DNA of 61,297 nt, the filler included. It is 6 parts of 6 records of this genome, joined end to end, with 100 filler letters (N's around TTAATTAATTAA, not from the genome) between each part and the next. Parts side by side here need not be neighbours in the genome. Positions count along the whole stretch, not along the records: positions 49,250 to 54,413 come from SRR31156797_24439; positions 54,514 to 61,297 come from SRR31156797_24445; 4 more parts are not named here. One strand, given 5' to 3'. A program made the translations under genes and the position numbers. Each line of letters opens with the position of its first letter. Position 1 is the first letter of the stretch. The notes under the pieces were generated by a model. It had not been told where the DNA came from and did not search any database. It was given only the letters and a program-made list of their open reading frames with translations. Below, piece after piece: positions 51,584 through 59,433 of the stretch.

Positions 51584-52309
51584 ATGAATATGAACAGCAT
51601 TACAACCCTGGCCACTCTTGCGGTCATCGGGCTCAGTTACGTCCTTCCCCTTTTTCAGGAGCAGATCCGCTCGGTCGGATTCTTCGCCCTTTCCGGAGCC
51701 GTCACGAACTGGCTGGCCATCCACATGTTATTTGAAAGGGTGCCCGGCCTCTACGGATCGGGAGTCATCCCCCTCCATTTCGAGGATTTCAAGAAGGGGA
51801 TCCGGGACCTGATCATGAATCAGTTCTTCACTTTGGAGAACGTCTCCCGTCTGATGAAGGGGGAAACGGGCATTCTGACGGACCATCTGGATCTGAGCAA
51901 AGCGGCAGACGCGGTAAACTACGACAGGATCTTCGACGGACTGAGCGAAACGATCCTCGCCTCCTCCCTGGGGGGGATGCTCGGGATGTTCGGAGGAGCC
52001 TCGGTCATAGAGGGGTTCCGCGCCCCTTTCAAGGAGAAGACCAGAGACATCATCGTCGCCGAAGCTCAGAGCCCCGAATTCCTGAACAGCGTGTCCTCAT
52101 CCATGGGCGGCAATACGGACAAGGCGTCGGAGGATATTATCGAAAAGGTGGGAGCCATCGTCCAGCAGAGACTGGATGAACTCACGCCGCAGATGGTCAA
52201 AGAGATCATTCAGGCCATGATACGCAAACATCTTGGCTGGCTGGTGCTCTGGGGAGGGGTCTTCGGAGGCCTTATAGGACTGGTGATGAGCCTTATCCCC
52301 ATGATCTGA
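51584..52309 (+). CDS. DUF445 family membrane protein
   Basis: GAVTNWLAIHMLF..PGLYGSG; C-terminal HLGWLVLWGGVFGGLIG. Confidence 0.88.
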   Translation: MNMNSITTLATLAVIGLSYVLPLFQEQIRSVGFFALSGAVTNWLAIHMLFERVPGLYGSGVIPLHFEDFKKGIRDLIMNQFFTLENVSRLMKGETGILTDHLDLSKAADAVNYDRIFDGLSETILASSLGGMLGMFGGASVIEGFRAPFKEKTRDIIVAEAQSPEFLNSVSSSMGGNTDKASEDIIEKVGAIVQQRLDELTPQMVKEIIQAMIRKHLGWLVLWGGVFGGLIGLVMSLIPMI

Positions 52310-52451
52310 TCTCTGCGGACGGCTCGGTTCTGAGACGATATCACAACCGGGCCGCGGCGCTTCGTTCCTGCGGATCGCCTTTAAATATATAGGCCGGTAT
52401 TGCAATTTTTCCTTTACAAATAAGAATTTGGATGCGAGAATAATTTCGGGC

Positions 52452-52626
52452 AAAAAAAAAGCCCCTGAAGAAAAGGAGGAAACTTCAGGGACCCAAAAGC
52501 AAAATGGAAAAAAAGGTAATCAGTCTTTTCTTCCCATGAAGCCAGTTAACAACATGACTTCAACTATTCAAACTTCCGTTGAAGAAAAGGAGGAAAACTT
52601 CAACAGAAGCGCGTGACTTACATCAC
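52452..52626 (-). ncRNA. candidate small regulatory RNA (~175 nt) with two anti-SD (CCUCCU) loops
   Basis: Sigma70 promoter upstream, five hairpins, GC-rich terminal stem followed by T9, no credible ORF on this strand. Confidence 0.75.
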
Positions 52627-52632
52627 ATTTAA

Positions 52633-52661
52633 AATATAGTAATCTCATAATTAAAAGTCAA
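52633..52661 (-). promoter_or_regulatory. sigma70 promoter of the candidate sRNA
   Basis: TTGACT (52661-52656) - 17 nt - TATATT (52638-52633). Confidence 0.8.
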
Positions 52662-52754
52662 GCAAACTGTTTGACTTTTCTTTATGTGTCCTCAGCAAAA
52701 AGGCAAGTAACACATACCGCTTTGCTGATAGGGCCATACTAAATAGGCAAAGTT

Positions 52755-52787
52755 AAGATTTCGTGAAGATTTCATAAAGACTCTTCA
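52755..52787. promoter_or_regulatory. three tandem 11-bp direct repeats, candidate OmpR/PhoB-family binding site
   Basis: AAGATTTCGTG AAGATTTCATA AAGACTCTTCA. Confidence 0.5.
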
Positions 52788-52818
52788 TAGATCCTATCAA
52801 TATTTCAAGAATAAACGC

Positions 52819-54297
52819 TTACTTCCCTTTCTCCCTAGGGAATGCGGGGAAGCGGATCCGCATCAAAGCCCCGCCCTCAGCTCCTTCGCGGGCCTCCAGA
52901 CGCCCTCCCTGGTTGGCGATGAGAAGGCGGCTGATGGCCAGTCCCAGGCCGCTGCCCTCGCTGTTCCTGGACTTGTCCAGTTTGTAAAAACGGTCGAACA
53001 CCCTCTCCCTTTCTTCCGGGGGTATGCCGGGCCCCGTATCCTCCACCTCCAGAAACAGCCCCTCTTCATCGGCGTACTGGCGGATGGTGACCCGCCCTCC
53101 CGGAGGGGTGAATTTAAGAGCGTTTGCCAGAAGGTTCTTCAGGACCTGCCGGGTTTTGTTTCTGTCTCCCCGAAAGAGCGCTTCCCCTCCCAGGGAAAGG
53201 TCGAGGGCGATCCCCTTCCGTTCCGTAAGAACCGAGAAATCGCCGGCGATAAGCTCCGCCAGCTCCCGGAGAGAGAACTCCCGTTCCTCCGTATGTACCT
53301 GTCGGGACTCCTCGGCGGCGAGGGTTTGAAGGTCCCGTATCAGCCCGGCGAGCTGCTCGCTCTGACGGTAGAGGACTTCCATGCGCTTCCGGTCTGCCTC
53401 GTAGACGCCGTCCATGATCATCTCCAGGTTCCCCATGATCAGACTGACCGGGGTTCTCAGCTCATGGGCCGTATCCGATATAATCTGGCGTTTCCAGTTC
53501 TCCGAGGCCTCCAGAGAGGCGGCCATCTCGTTGAATCCCTCGGTGAGAAGGGTCAGATCGTCCTGTATGCCCGGAGTTGTACTGCCCGTCTCTATCCTAT
53601 AGGAGTACTCCCCTTCGCTGATGGTCATCACCCCTTTGTGAAGGCTCTTCAGGGGCCTCAGGGCCCGCCGGAGGAGGAGAGAGCCCAGAAGCATCGCCAG
53701 TAGTGCCGAAAGGAGGGATGAGATGAGTACGCCGCTGATGATGGGATAATGCTGAGGCTTGCCGTCCGGTCCTTCCTGAGGTCCCGTATACTCGCCGGCC
53801 AGCACATACCCGTCCACATGCCCGTCCCTGTAGAACGGAGCTCCCAGTTCAAGGATCTCCGGGGAGAGGCTCTTCAGCCTGCGGCCGGAGCTGTCGCGAA
53901 ACGTTCCCTGCAGGACGGCCCCGTGCTTGTCGCTGACGACGATGGGGATGGTCCTGTCCATGCCGGGCTCGGGGGGAGGAAGGGCATCGGTCCTGAGAGA
54001 GGGGGCGGACATCCTGCCCATCCTGCCCATCCCCATCCGGCCCGCTCCCTGCGCATTGCGGCCCTGCATACTTTCGTCATGCTTCATGGAGTGCAGGATC
54101 TGCTCGAGGCGCCCTTCCGAGGCGGCCATGCTGAGGGTGCGGGCGAAGGTGACAGCCGTATTCCTGTCCCGCTGCAGGGCGAGCCCCCGGAAGCGGCTGA
54201 CCGTCAGGGTTCCCACCAGCAGGATGGTCACCAGGGTACTGAAGAGGATGGAAAAGACCATGATGCCCACGAGCCGGGCAGTGAGTGAGATCTTCAT
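52819..54297 (-). CDS. membrane sensor histidine kinase (BaeS-like, HAMP)
   Basis: Two TM segments, Met/Gly-rich periplasmic loop, AHELRTP, NLLANA, DTGPG, GSGLGL. Confidence 0.93.
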   Translation of the reverse strand: MKISLTARLVGIMVFSILFSTLVTILLVGTLTVSRFRGLALQRDRNTAVTFARTLSMAASEGRLEQILHSMKHDESMQGRNAQGAGRMGMGRMGRMSAPSLRTDALPPPEPGMDRTIPIVVSDKHGAVLQGTFRDSSGRRLKSLSPEILELGAPFYRDGHVDGYVLAGEYTGPQEGPDGKPQHYPIISGVLISSLLSALLAMLLGSLLLRRALRPLKSLHKGVMTISEGEYSYRIETGSTTPGIQDDLTLLTEGFNEMAASLEASENWKRQIISDTAHELRTPVSLIMGNLEMIMDGVYEADRKRMEVLYRQSEQLAGLIRDLQTLAAEESRQVHTEEREFSLRELAELIAGDFSVLTERKGIALDLSLGGEALFRGDRNKTRQVLKNLLANALKFTPPGGRVTIRQYADEEGLFLEVEDTGPGIPPEERERVFDRFYKLDKSRNSEGSGLGLAISRLLIANQGGRLEAREGAEGGALMRIRFPAFPREKGK

Positions 54298-54413
54298 TCG
54301 CCTTCCCGCATCCTGTACCCCACCCCCCAGACCGTCTGGATATATTCGGGATGGGCCGGATCGGTCTCTATCAGCTTCCGGATATTCTTGATATGGACGT
54401 CGATGGAACGCTC
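54294..54413 (-). CDS. OmpR-family response regulator, C-terminal fragment
   Basis: ERSIDVHIKNIRK...IQTVWGVGYR; ATGA overlap with the kinase. Confidence 0.92.
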   Translation of the reverse strand, partial: ERSIDVHIKNIRKLIETDPAHPEYIQTVWGVGYRMREGE

Positions 54414-54513
54414 NNNNNNNNNNNNNNNNNNNNNNNNNNNNNNNNNNNNNNNNNNNNTTAATTAATTAANNNNNNNNNNNNNNNNNNNNNNNNNNNNNNN
54501 NNNNNNNNNNNNN
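54414..54513. other. artificial contig linker
   Basis: N-run with TTAATTAATTAA. Confidence 0.98.
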
Positions 54514-54515
54514 AT

Positions 54516-55163
54516 TCGGCCAGACCGAATCAGATCTCTGCAATGAAGGAAAAGCTTATTGCCTCTGGTGTCCGGGAAAGCAGGATTATTGAAACCAGTG
54601 ACTCTGAAGGGGGAGCTATCGGACTGGAGAAGATAGTTACCCTTACGGAGCAGTTATTACCGGATGCCAAGAGAGAAGCCTTCATGCTGAAACAGAAGAT
54701 CGATATAGCACGGAAGATCTTCTATATAAAGCAGAAATCGAATAAGGTCACTGCCCTTATCGCTACTGTAACTGCCGCTGCTGCTGCGACAGGAGCTTCT
54801 CCTATACCCTTTTCTGATGCTGCTATACTGATGCCCGTCCAAGCAGGTTTAATCGGAAGTATCGCAGCAATTTATGGGCTCCAGAAGGAAGCACTGTCAA
54901 GCGCATCTCTTCCTTTACTGGCACAAATCGCCGGAGTACAGGCTGCATCATCACTATCAAAGCTCATTCCGATTGCCGGTAATATCATTAGTGGAACTGT
55001 AGCCGCAACGATCACCGGAGCTCTCGGGGCTTATGTCAAAGGGCATTTCGAATCTATTGCTATCAAGAAAGCCAATGGGGAAGAGACTGGCTCGTTTGAC
55101 TTTTTTAACTTCGAGCTGTTCAAAGCCTTTTACGATAACTATAAGAAATCATCGTCTGATTAA
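54516..55163 (+). CDS. YcjF/DUF697 family protein, probably GTPase-fused (5' truncated)
   Basis: ASPIPFSDAAIL.PVQ..L...IA.IYG, LSKLIP.AG; frame open from the contig start. Confidence 0.8.
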   Translation, partial: SARPNQISAMKEKLIASGVRESRIIETSDSEGGAIGLEKIVTLTEQLLPDAKREAFMLKQKIDIARKIFYIKQKSNKVTALIATVTAAAAATGASPIPFSDAAILMPVQAGLIGSIAAIYGLQKEALSSASLPLLAQIAGVQAASSLSKLIPIAGNIISGTVAATITGALGAYVKGHFESIAIKKANGEETGSFDFFNFELFKAFYDNYKKSSSD

Positions 55164-55180
55164 TAAGATTGCTGAAAAGC

Positions 55181-55231
55181 TGAACGCACTCCCTCCCTTA
55201 CTACTTCACAGAAGGAAAGGGAGCGCATTCA
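55181..55231. terminator. imperfect hairpin between convergent genes
   Basis: TGAACGCACTCCCT...AGGGAGCGCATTCA. Confidence 0.45.
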
Positions 55232-55235
55232 GTCA

Positions 55236-55415
55236 TTAGCTACCACTGACAGTTTGTTCTTTCGATTTCATCCATTCACCGATCTTCTTACTATCGAAAC
55301 GGATTGCAGATTCAAACTTATAGTATGGAATCTTATTCAGACTAATAAGCTTATGTATCATCGAATTAGACAGGCCAGTGATTTCCATCACTTGTTTAAC
55401 ATTTATCATACTCAC
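55236..55415 (-). CDS. excisionase-like HTH_17 DNA-binding protein
   Basis: AGGAGG SD; INVKQVMEITGLS..IHKL...IPYYK..AIRFD...EW. Confidence 0.8.
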   Translation of the reverse strand: MSMINVKQVMEITGLSNSMIHKLISLNKIPYYKFESAIRFDSKKIGEWMKSKEQTVSGS

Positions 55416-55458
55416 AATCTGTACACCTCCTATCATTATTATGTTAGGAAGTTTTCGA

Positions 55459-55770
55459 TTAAGAGACATTCTGATATCTTTTAATCTGGTTTAACTCAGC
55501 AGTTAAGCTTTCGATCAAGAATTGCTGTTGTATGATCGTGATTCTGGTTTCTGTATTAAGATCTATTACGGGAGACTTAGTCTTTCTACTATAAACATAA
55601 TAAGCTGTATCATCAGAAAAGAATCTACGTCGCCAGTAATATAATAGATTTGGATGAATATTATATTTTAATGCTATCTTCTTAATATCACCATACTTTG
55701 TATTATTGTATGATTCTAGAACGATATCTCTCTTCTGTAATGGGGTGTATCTATTGTTTTTCTTTTTCAT
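55459..55770 (-). CDS. HTH protein resembling IS3/IS66 OrfA (HTH_Tnp_1), with C-terminal coiled coil
   Basis: RYT..QKRDIV...IALKYNIHPNLLYYWRRRF; GAGGAG SD. Confidence 0.6.
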   Translation of the reverse strand: MKKKNNRYTPLQKRDIVLESYNNTKYGDIKKIALKYNIHPNLLYYWRRRFFSDDTAYYVYSRKTKSPVIDLNTETRITIIQQQFLIESLTAELNQIKRYQNVS

Positions 55771-55816
55771 ACTTTATATCTCCTCTTGAATAATATAATT
55801 TTTAGTACTCTTTATA

Positions 55817-56602
55817 CTAAAGAAGAGTACCGGTCATAATCGCCATCAATTCAACCTGGTTTAGGAAGTTCTTATATAAATCAGTTGGGATTTCGTTTTG
55901 GATTCGTATGAGAGTAAGTAAAGGAACGAGATTTCTAATCAGAGTTTCTTCTGTTTGATACAAGAATAAACAGTTTAGAAGACTTCTATCCTGTGAATTA
56001 TTGATTTGACAGATACGATATTTGCGAAGTCTGAACTCGCTTCTTATAATATCATCTGTTGCTTTCGGTTTAATGATTCCTTCATCCAAGTATTTTATAC
56101 TTTTGTTGTATAAACAAAACTCAGATTTTTTAATTTGTTTTACTATCTCTTCCCTTGAGTAGTAAGTGTTCTTTTCTTTCCGAAAAACAGCAGGGATTAA
56201 CGCTTTATCGTTAATCCTTCTTTTAGGAACATCAAATGCAATTTCAATTTCATAGAGGTTCAATATATGAACAATATCGAAATAATTTTTCAGAGTATTA
56301 AGATGAAACTCTGAGAAGAATCCTTCATTCAGCAGTAGAAACACTGCACTTATGATGTCCTGTATAACAAGATTATTAGGATTCAAGTGTTGATTGTGGA
56401 TGTGAATCTGATAAAAATAATATTTAGTTTCATTTTTATCTATAAATAACTTATTAACTGTTACCGACTTCATCTTTGACCTTTCGAACTTTGGGTTCAC
56501 AAAACTTCGGTGTACTAACAATGTGACCTTATCAATCGATTTGTTGGGCTGCTGAAACGTTCGGTTAAATGACCATGCTTTGGGGATAAATTTTTTTTCC
56601 AT
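55817..56602 (-). CDS. putative Rep_trans/gpII-like replication initiator or MOB_T-like relaxase
   Basis: EIEIAFD, NTYYS, FCLYNKS, IRSEFRL follow the order of the RxDxAxD / TxYxG / xYxK / RxExR motifs; AAGGAG SD. Confidence 0.55.
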   Translation of the reverse strand: MEKKFIPKAWSFNRTFQQPNKSIDKVTLLVHRSFVNPKFERSKMKSVTVNKLFIDKNETKYYFYQIHIHNQHLNPNNLVIQDIISAVFLLLNEGFFSEFHLNTLKNYFDIVHILNLYEIEIAFDVPKRRINDKALIPAVFRKEKNTYYSREEIVKQIKKSEFCLYNKSIKYLDEGIIKPKATDDIIRSEFRLRKYRICQINNSQDRSLLNCLFLYQTEETLIRNLVPLLTLIRIQNEIPTDLYKNFLNQVELMAIMTGTLL

Positions 56603-56786
56603 TTATCTCTCCTTTCTAAAATAATTTATTTCAATGTAGGAGAGTTTTTATTTTTTAATATTGTGTGGCCATGATAGGAACTATGTCCCATATGGCATTG
56701 ATCAATGACATCGGATATGAATGACATATGCATATAAAAAAATAGAACTTCAGACATTCCAACAGAAATGTTGGAGGTGACTTAAT

Positions 56787-57905
56787 ATGTCAAAGAAAAA
56801 ACCGTATTGCCTTTTTCAAAAGAAGCTAGCCAATGGACAGAAAATCTACTACTACACGGCCTATGATACGCAGGGAAAGCGAAGACAGGTATCAACTGGA
56901 TGTAAAGATCAGTTAGATGCAATACAGATATGCCTTAAAAGGCTAGAGGAAGGGAAACTAATTCCGGGAGATAGGATTGTCTTTAAAAATTATGTCAAAA
57001 ACTGGTTTACTGAGGACTGCCCTTATTATACTCCCCGGATTGAAAGAGGGAACAGCTATTCAAAAAGCTGTATAGAGCGAAATCAGAAGATCCTAGAAAT
57101 GCATATTCTTCCTGTTTTTGGAGAAATGAGAATGGATCGAATCCAAACAGGAGATGTAGAAGACTGGCTCTTAAGATTCAAAAAATCCGGTTACGCTCAT
57201 AACTCAATAAATCAGTTTAGGGGGATCTTGAGACTTATCTTCAATGAGGCGATCCGTTGCGGCATTATTAGCCGGAATCCAGTACTGAATGTTCTACCTT
57301 ATGCCAGAAACGCAAAAGAAAGAGGGATTTTAACCCATGAGGAATGCCAGACTCTTTTTGACAGAAACCGCATTGATAAGATTTGGAAAGGTCGGGAGCT
57401 GCACTACTTAATCAATTACACAGCGTACCTTACTGGAATGCGTATGGGGGAAGTTCTCGCTTTAACAGAAGATGATATACATAATAACTATATACAGATT
57501 CGGCATTCCTGGGATCGGAAATACGGCCTAAAATCAACTAAGAGCGGGAAAGAGCGGTATGCCCCTGTTCCTGTAAACCTAGTAAAACTTCTTCATGAAT
57601 ATGTAGAGAATGTACAGGGGCGATTTCTTTTCATGGCAAAACATCCTTTTAAGCCTGTAGACCATAAATCAGTTCAGAATCATTTTGCATTTGCCCTGGA
57701 AGCGATAGGAATAGATGATAGTCAGCGACGGGAGAGGGCCATATCTTTTCACAGCTGGCGTCATACGGCAAATACCAGGATGAAGGAAGCAGGAGTTCCA
57801 GAGGCTGTTGTGCGAGCTGTTATTGGTCATTCTTCAGCAGAGGTATCGGAAGTTTATACTCATATTGATCCTAGGAAAATTGACTTAAATTGGGAAGTTG
57901 TTTAG
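56787..57905 (+). CDS. int: tyrosine integrase
   Basis: N-terminal arm-binding and SAM-like domains; TGMRMGE, TKS, HSWRH, IGHSS, VYTH catalytic residues. Confidence 0.95.
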   Translation: MSKKKPYCLFQKKLANGQKIYYYTAYDTQGKRRQVSTGCKDQLDAIQICLKRLEEGKLIPGDRIVFKNYVKNWFTEDCPYYTPRIERGNSYSKSCIERNQKILEMHILPVFGEMRMDRIQTGDVEDWLLRFKKSGYAHNSINQFRGILRLIFNEAIRCGIISRNPVLNVLPYARNAKERGILTHEECQTLFDRNRIDKIWKGRELHYLINYTAYLTGMRMGEVLALTEDDIHNNYIQIRHSWDRKYGLKSTKSGKERYAPVPVNLVKLLHEYVENVQGRFLFMAKHPFKPVDHKSVQNHFAFALEAIGIDDSQRRERAISFHSWRHTANTRMKEAGVPEAVVRAVIGHSSAEVSEVYTHIDPRKIDLNWEVV

Positions 57906-59415
57906 AAGTACGTTTCACTAGAACCCTCCTCCTACCTTGTACCTGACCATTTTGATCTGTGAACATACAAAGAATCTGAGGCGCATTTTCAAGTTGGAAT
58001 TTATTGACAATAGTTAAAGTATCCTTTTTTTCGGTAGGCCTTGAATTATAGCTATAAGGATGATCTATCCAAAGAGTAACTTTATCCTCTATGGAAGAGC
58101 AACAACCGTTGAAGAAAATCTTATTAAATAGTGTCTCTTTGTTCCTTTGCGTTTTAAGAAGACTATCTTCTATGGACTCCGATGCATGGAGAGAATAGAC
58201 AAAAACTTTCTTTTTCTGTCCAGGTCTCCAGCATCGGGCAATAGCTTGATTTCTAACTTGTGGATTCCACCATGAGTCAATAAAAATTATGTGGTTTGCA
58301 CAGGTTAGATCAATGCCCAAACTGGTTGCCATTTTACTTGCCAAAAGAATCGGAATGTTACAGCTCTGAAATTGATTAAGGATTTTCACTCTTTCTGATA
58401 ATGTGAGCGAACCATCATAGAAAATTGAATTGAGGTTGTGGATACTTTCCTTTGAAAGAAAATATCGTAACTGTTTAAGAGATTTTGTATAATTCGAAAA
58501 AAGTACAATCTTATCCTCGGGATAACTTTCCCTTATCTTTGAAATAAGAGATACAACTGGTTCTACTTTCCTTCGGTTTAGTTCGACCATTTTACTGACA
58601 ATACTGGTGGAATTGATTTCATCGTCGCGAAATAACAAATCATACATTGTGTTCAATGTCTTAGAGTCAATAAGATCAGAATCTGGTCCAAGGCGATATA
58701 TATTCTGTTCAATTGGCAAATTACAATACTGATCAAACACTGAGTCTCTTCTTATACTGATCATGTATGGCGATATTGATTTTATTATCTCACCTACCCT
58801 ATCGTTAGATAGATTTTCAATACTCTGATTCCATTCAAATATTTTTTTGTCAAGTTTATTAGGAGCCAAGAAGTTCAACTGTGAGTACAGCTCCATTAGA
58901 TTATTTTCCAGTGGAGTTGCCGAAAGTAGGAGACGACGCTTTGATTGAAGTTTCATAATAGATTCAGAAAAACTTGTCACCGGATTTTTTATCCGGTGAC
59001 TTTCATCCAGAACAATGCCATCAAATTCTCTTGAACTGAGATACTCTATCTGATTTACCATCATTTCATACGTAATAATTAGGATATTATTAGCCCCACC
59101 AAGTCTGCGCCGCTTCACTTCATCATTGAATTCAGCTGTAAAGACTTCATATTTCAAACTCGTCAACTCTTTTATTTTAGCTGTCCAAACTGAGTGAACC
59201 GTACTCTTTGGTGTCACTATCAGAAAGTTCTTTCCTTCTTGCTTATTAACAATACCCACCATCCATGCTAGGGCAATATAGGTTTTACCCATTCCCATTT
59301 CAAGATTGAGTAATACACCGCTTTGATTTTCATATCCCATCCGATTGGCATCAGTCAGAATCTCTTGTTGGTAGCTGTGTAGCGTTGCTTTGAACTTTGA
59401 AGAACTTTGCTGCAT
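57871..59415 (-). CDS. minimal SNF2-family ATPase/helicase
   Basis: LHSYQ, EMGMGKT, LIVTPKS, DESHRIKN, SATPLENNL.EL, GIDLT.AN, WWNP...QA.AR..R.GQ. Confidence 0.92.
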   Translation of the reverse strand: MQQSSSKFKATLHSYQQEILTDANRMGYENQSGVLLNLEMGMGKTYIALAWMVGIVNKQEGKNFLIVTPKSTVHSVWTAKIKELTSLKYEVFTAEFNDEVKRRRLGGANNILIITYEMMVNQIEYLSSREFDGIVLDESHRIKNPVTSFSESIMKLQSKRRLLLSATPLENNLMELYSQLNFLAPNKLDKKIFEWNQSIENLSNDRVGEIIKSISPYMISIRRDSVFDQYCNLPIEQNIYRLGPDSDLIDSKTLNTMYDLLFRDDEINSTSIVSKMVELNRRKVEPVVSLISKIRESYPEDKIVLFSNYTKSLKQLRYFLSKESIHNLNSIFYDGSLTLSERVKILNQFQSCNIPILLASKMATSLGIDLTCANHIIFIDSWWNPQVRNQAIARCWRPGQKKKVFVYSLHASESIEDSLLKTQRNKETLFNKIFFNGCCSSIEDKVTLWIDHPYSYNSRPTEKKDTLTIVNKFQLENAPQILCMFTDQNGQVQGRRRVLVKRTSKQLPNLSQFS

Positions 59416-59433
59416 GGTCTATAAAAACTCCTA

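Noticed and set aside
52461-52605. Duplicated GAAGAAAAGGAGGAAA(A)CTTCA as a mini CRISPR array
   Set aside because: Only two copies about 114 nt apart and no cas genes; better explained as sRNA hairpins.
52428-52616. 62-aa plus-strand ORF over the sRNA region
   Set aside because: TTG start without SD; low-complexity product of the repeats. Promoter and terminator both point to the minus strand.
49983-54391. Long overlapping alternative-frame ORFs in the GC-rich contig and antisense ORFs elsewhere
   Set aside because: Shadow ORFs of well-supported genes, with no recognisable motifs.
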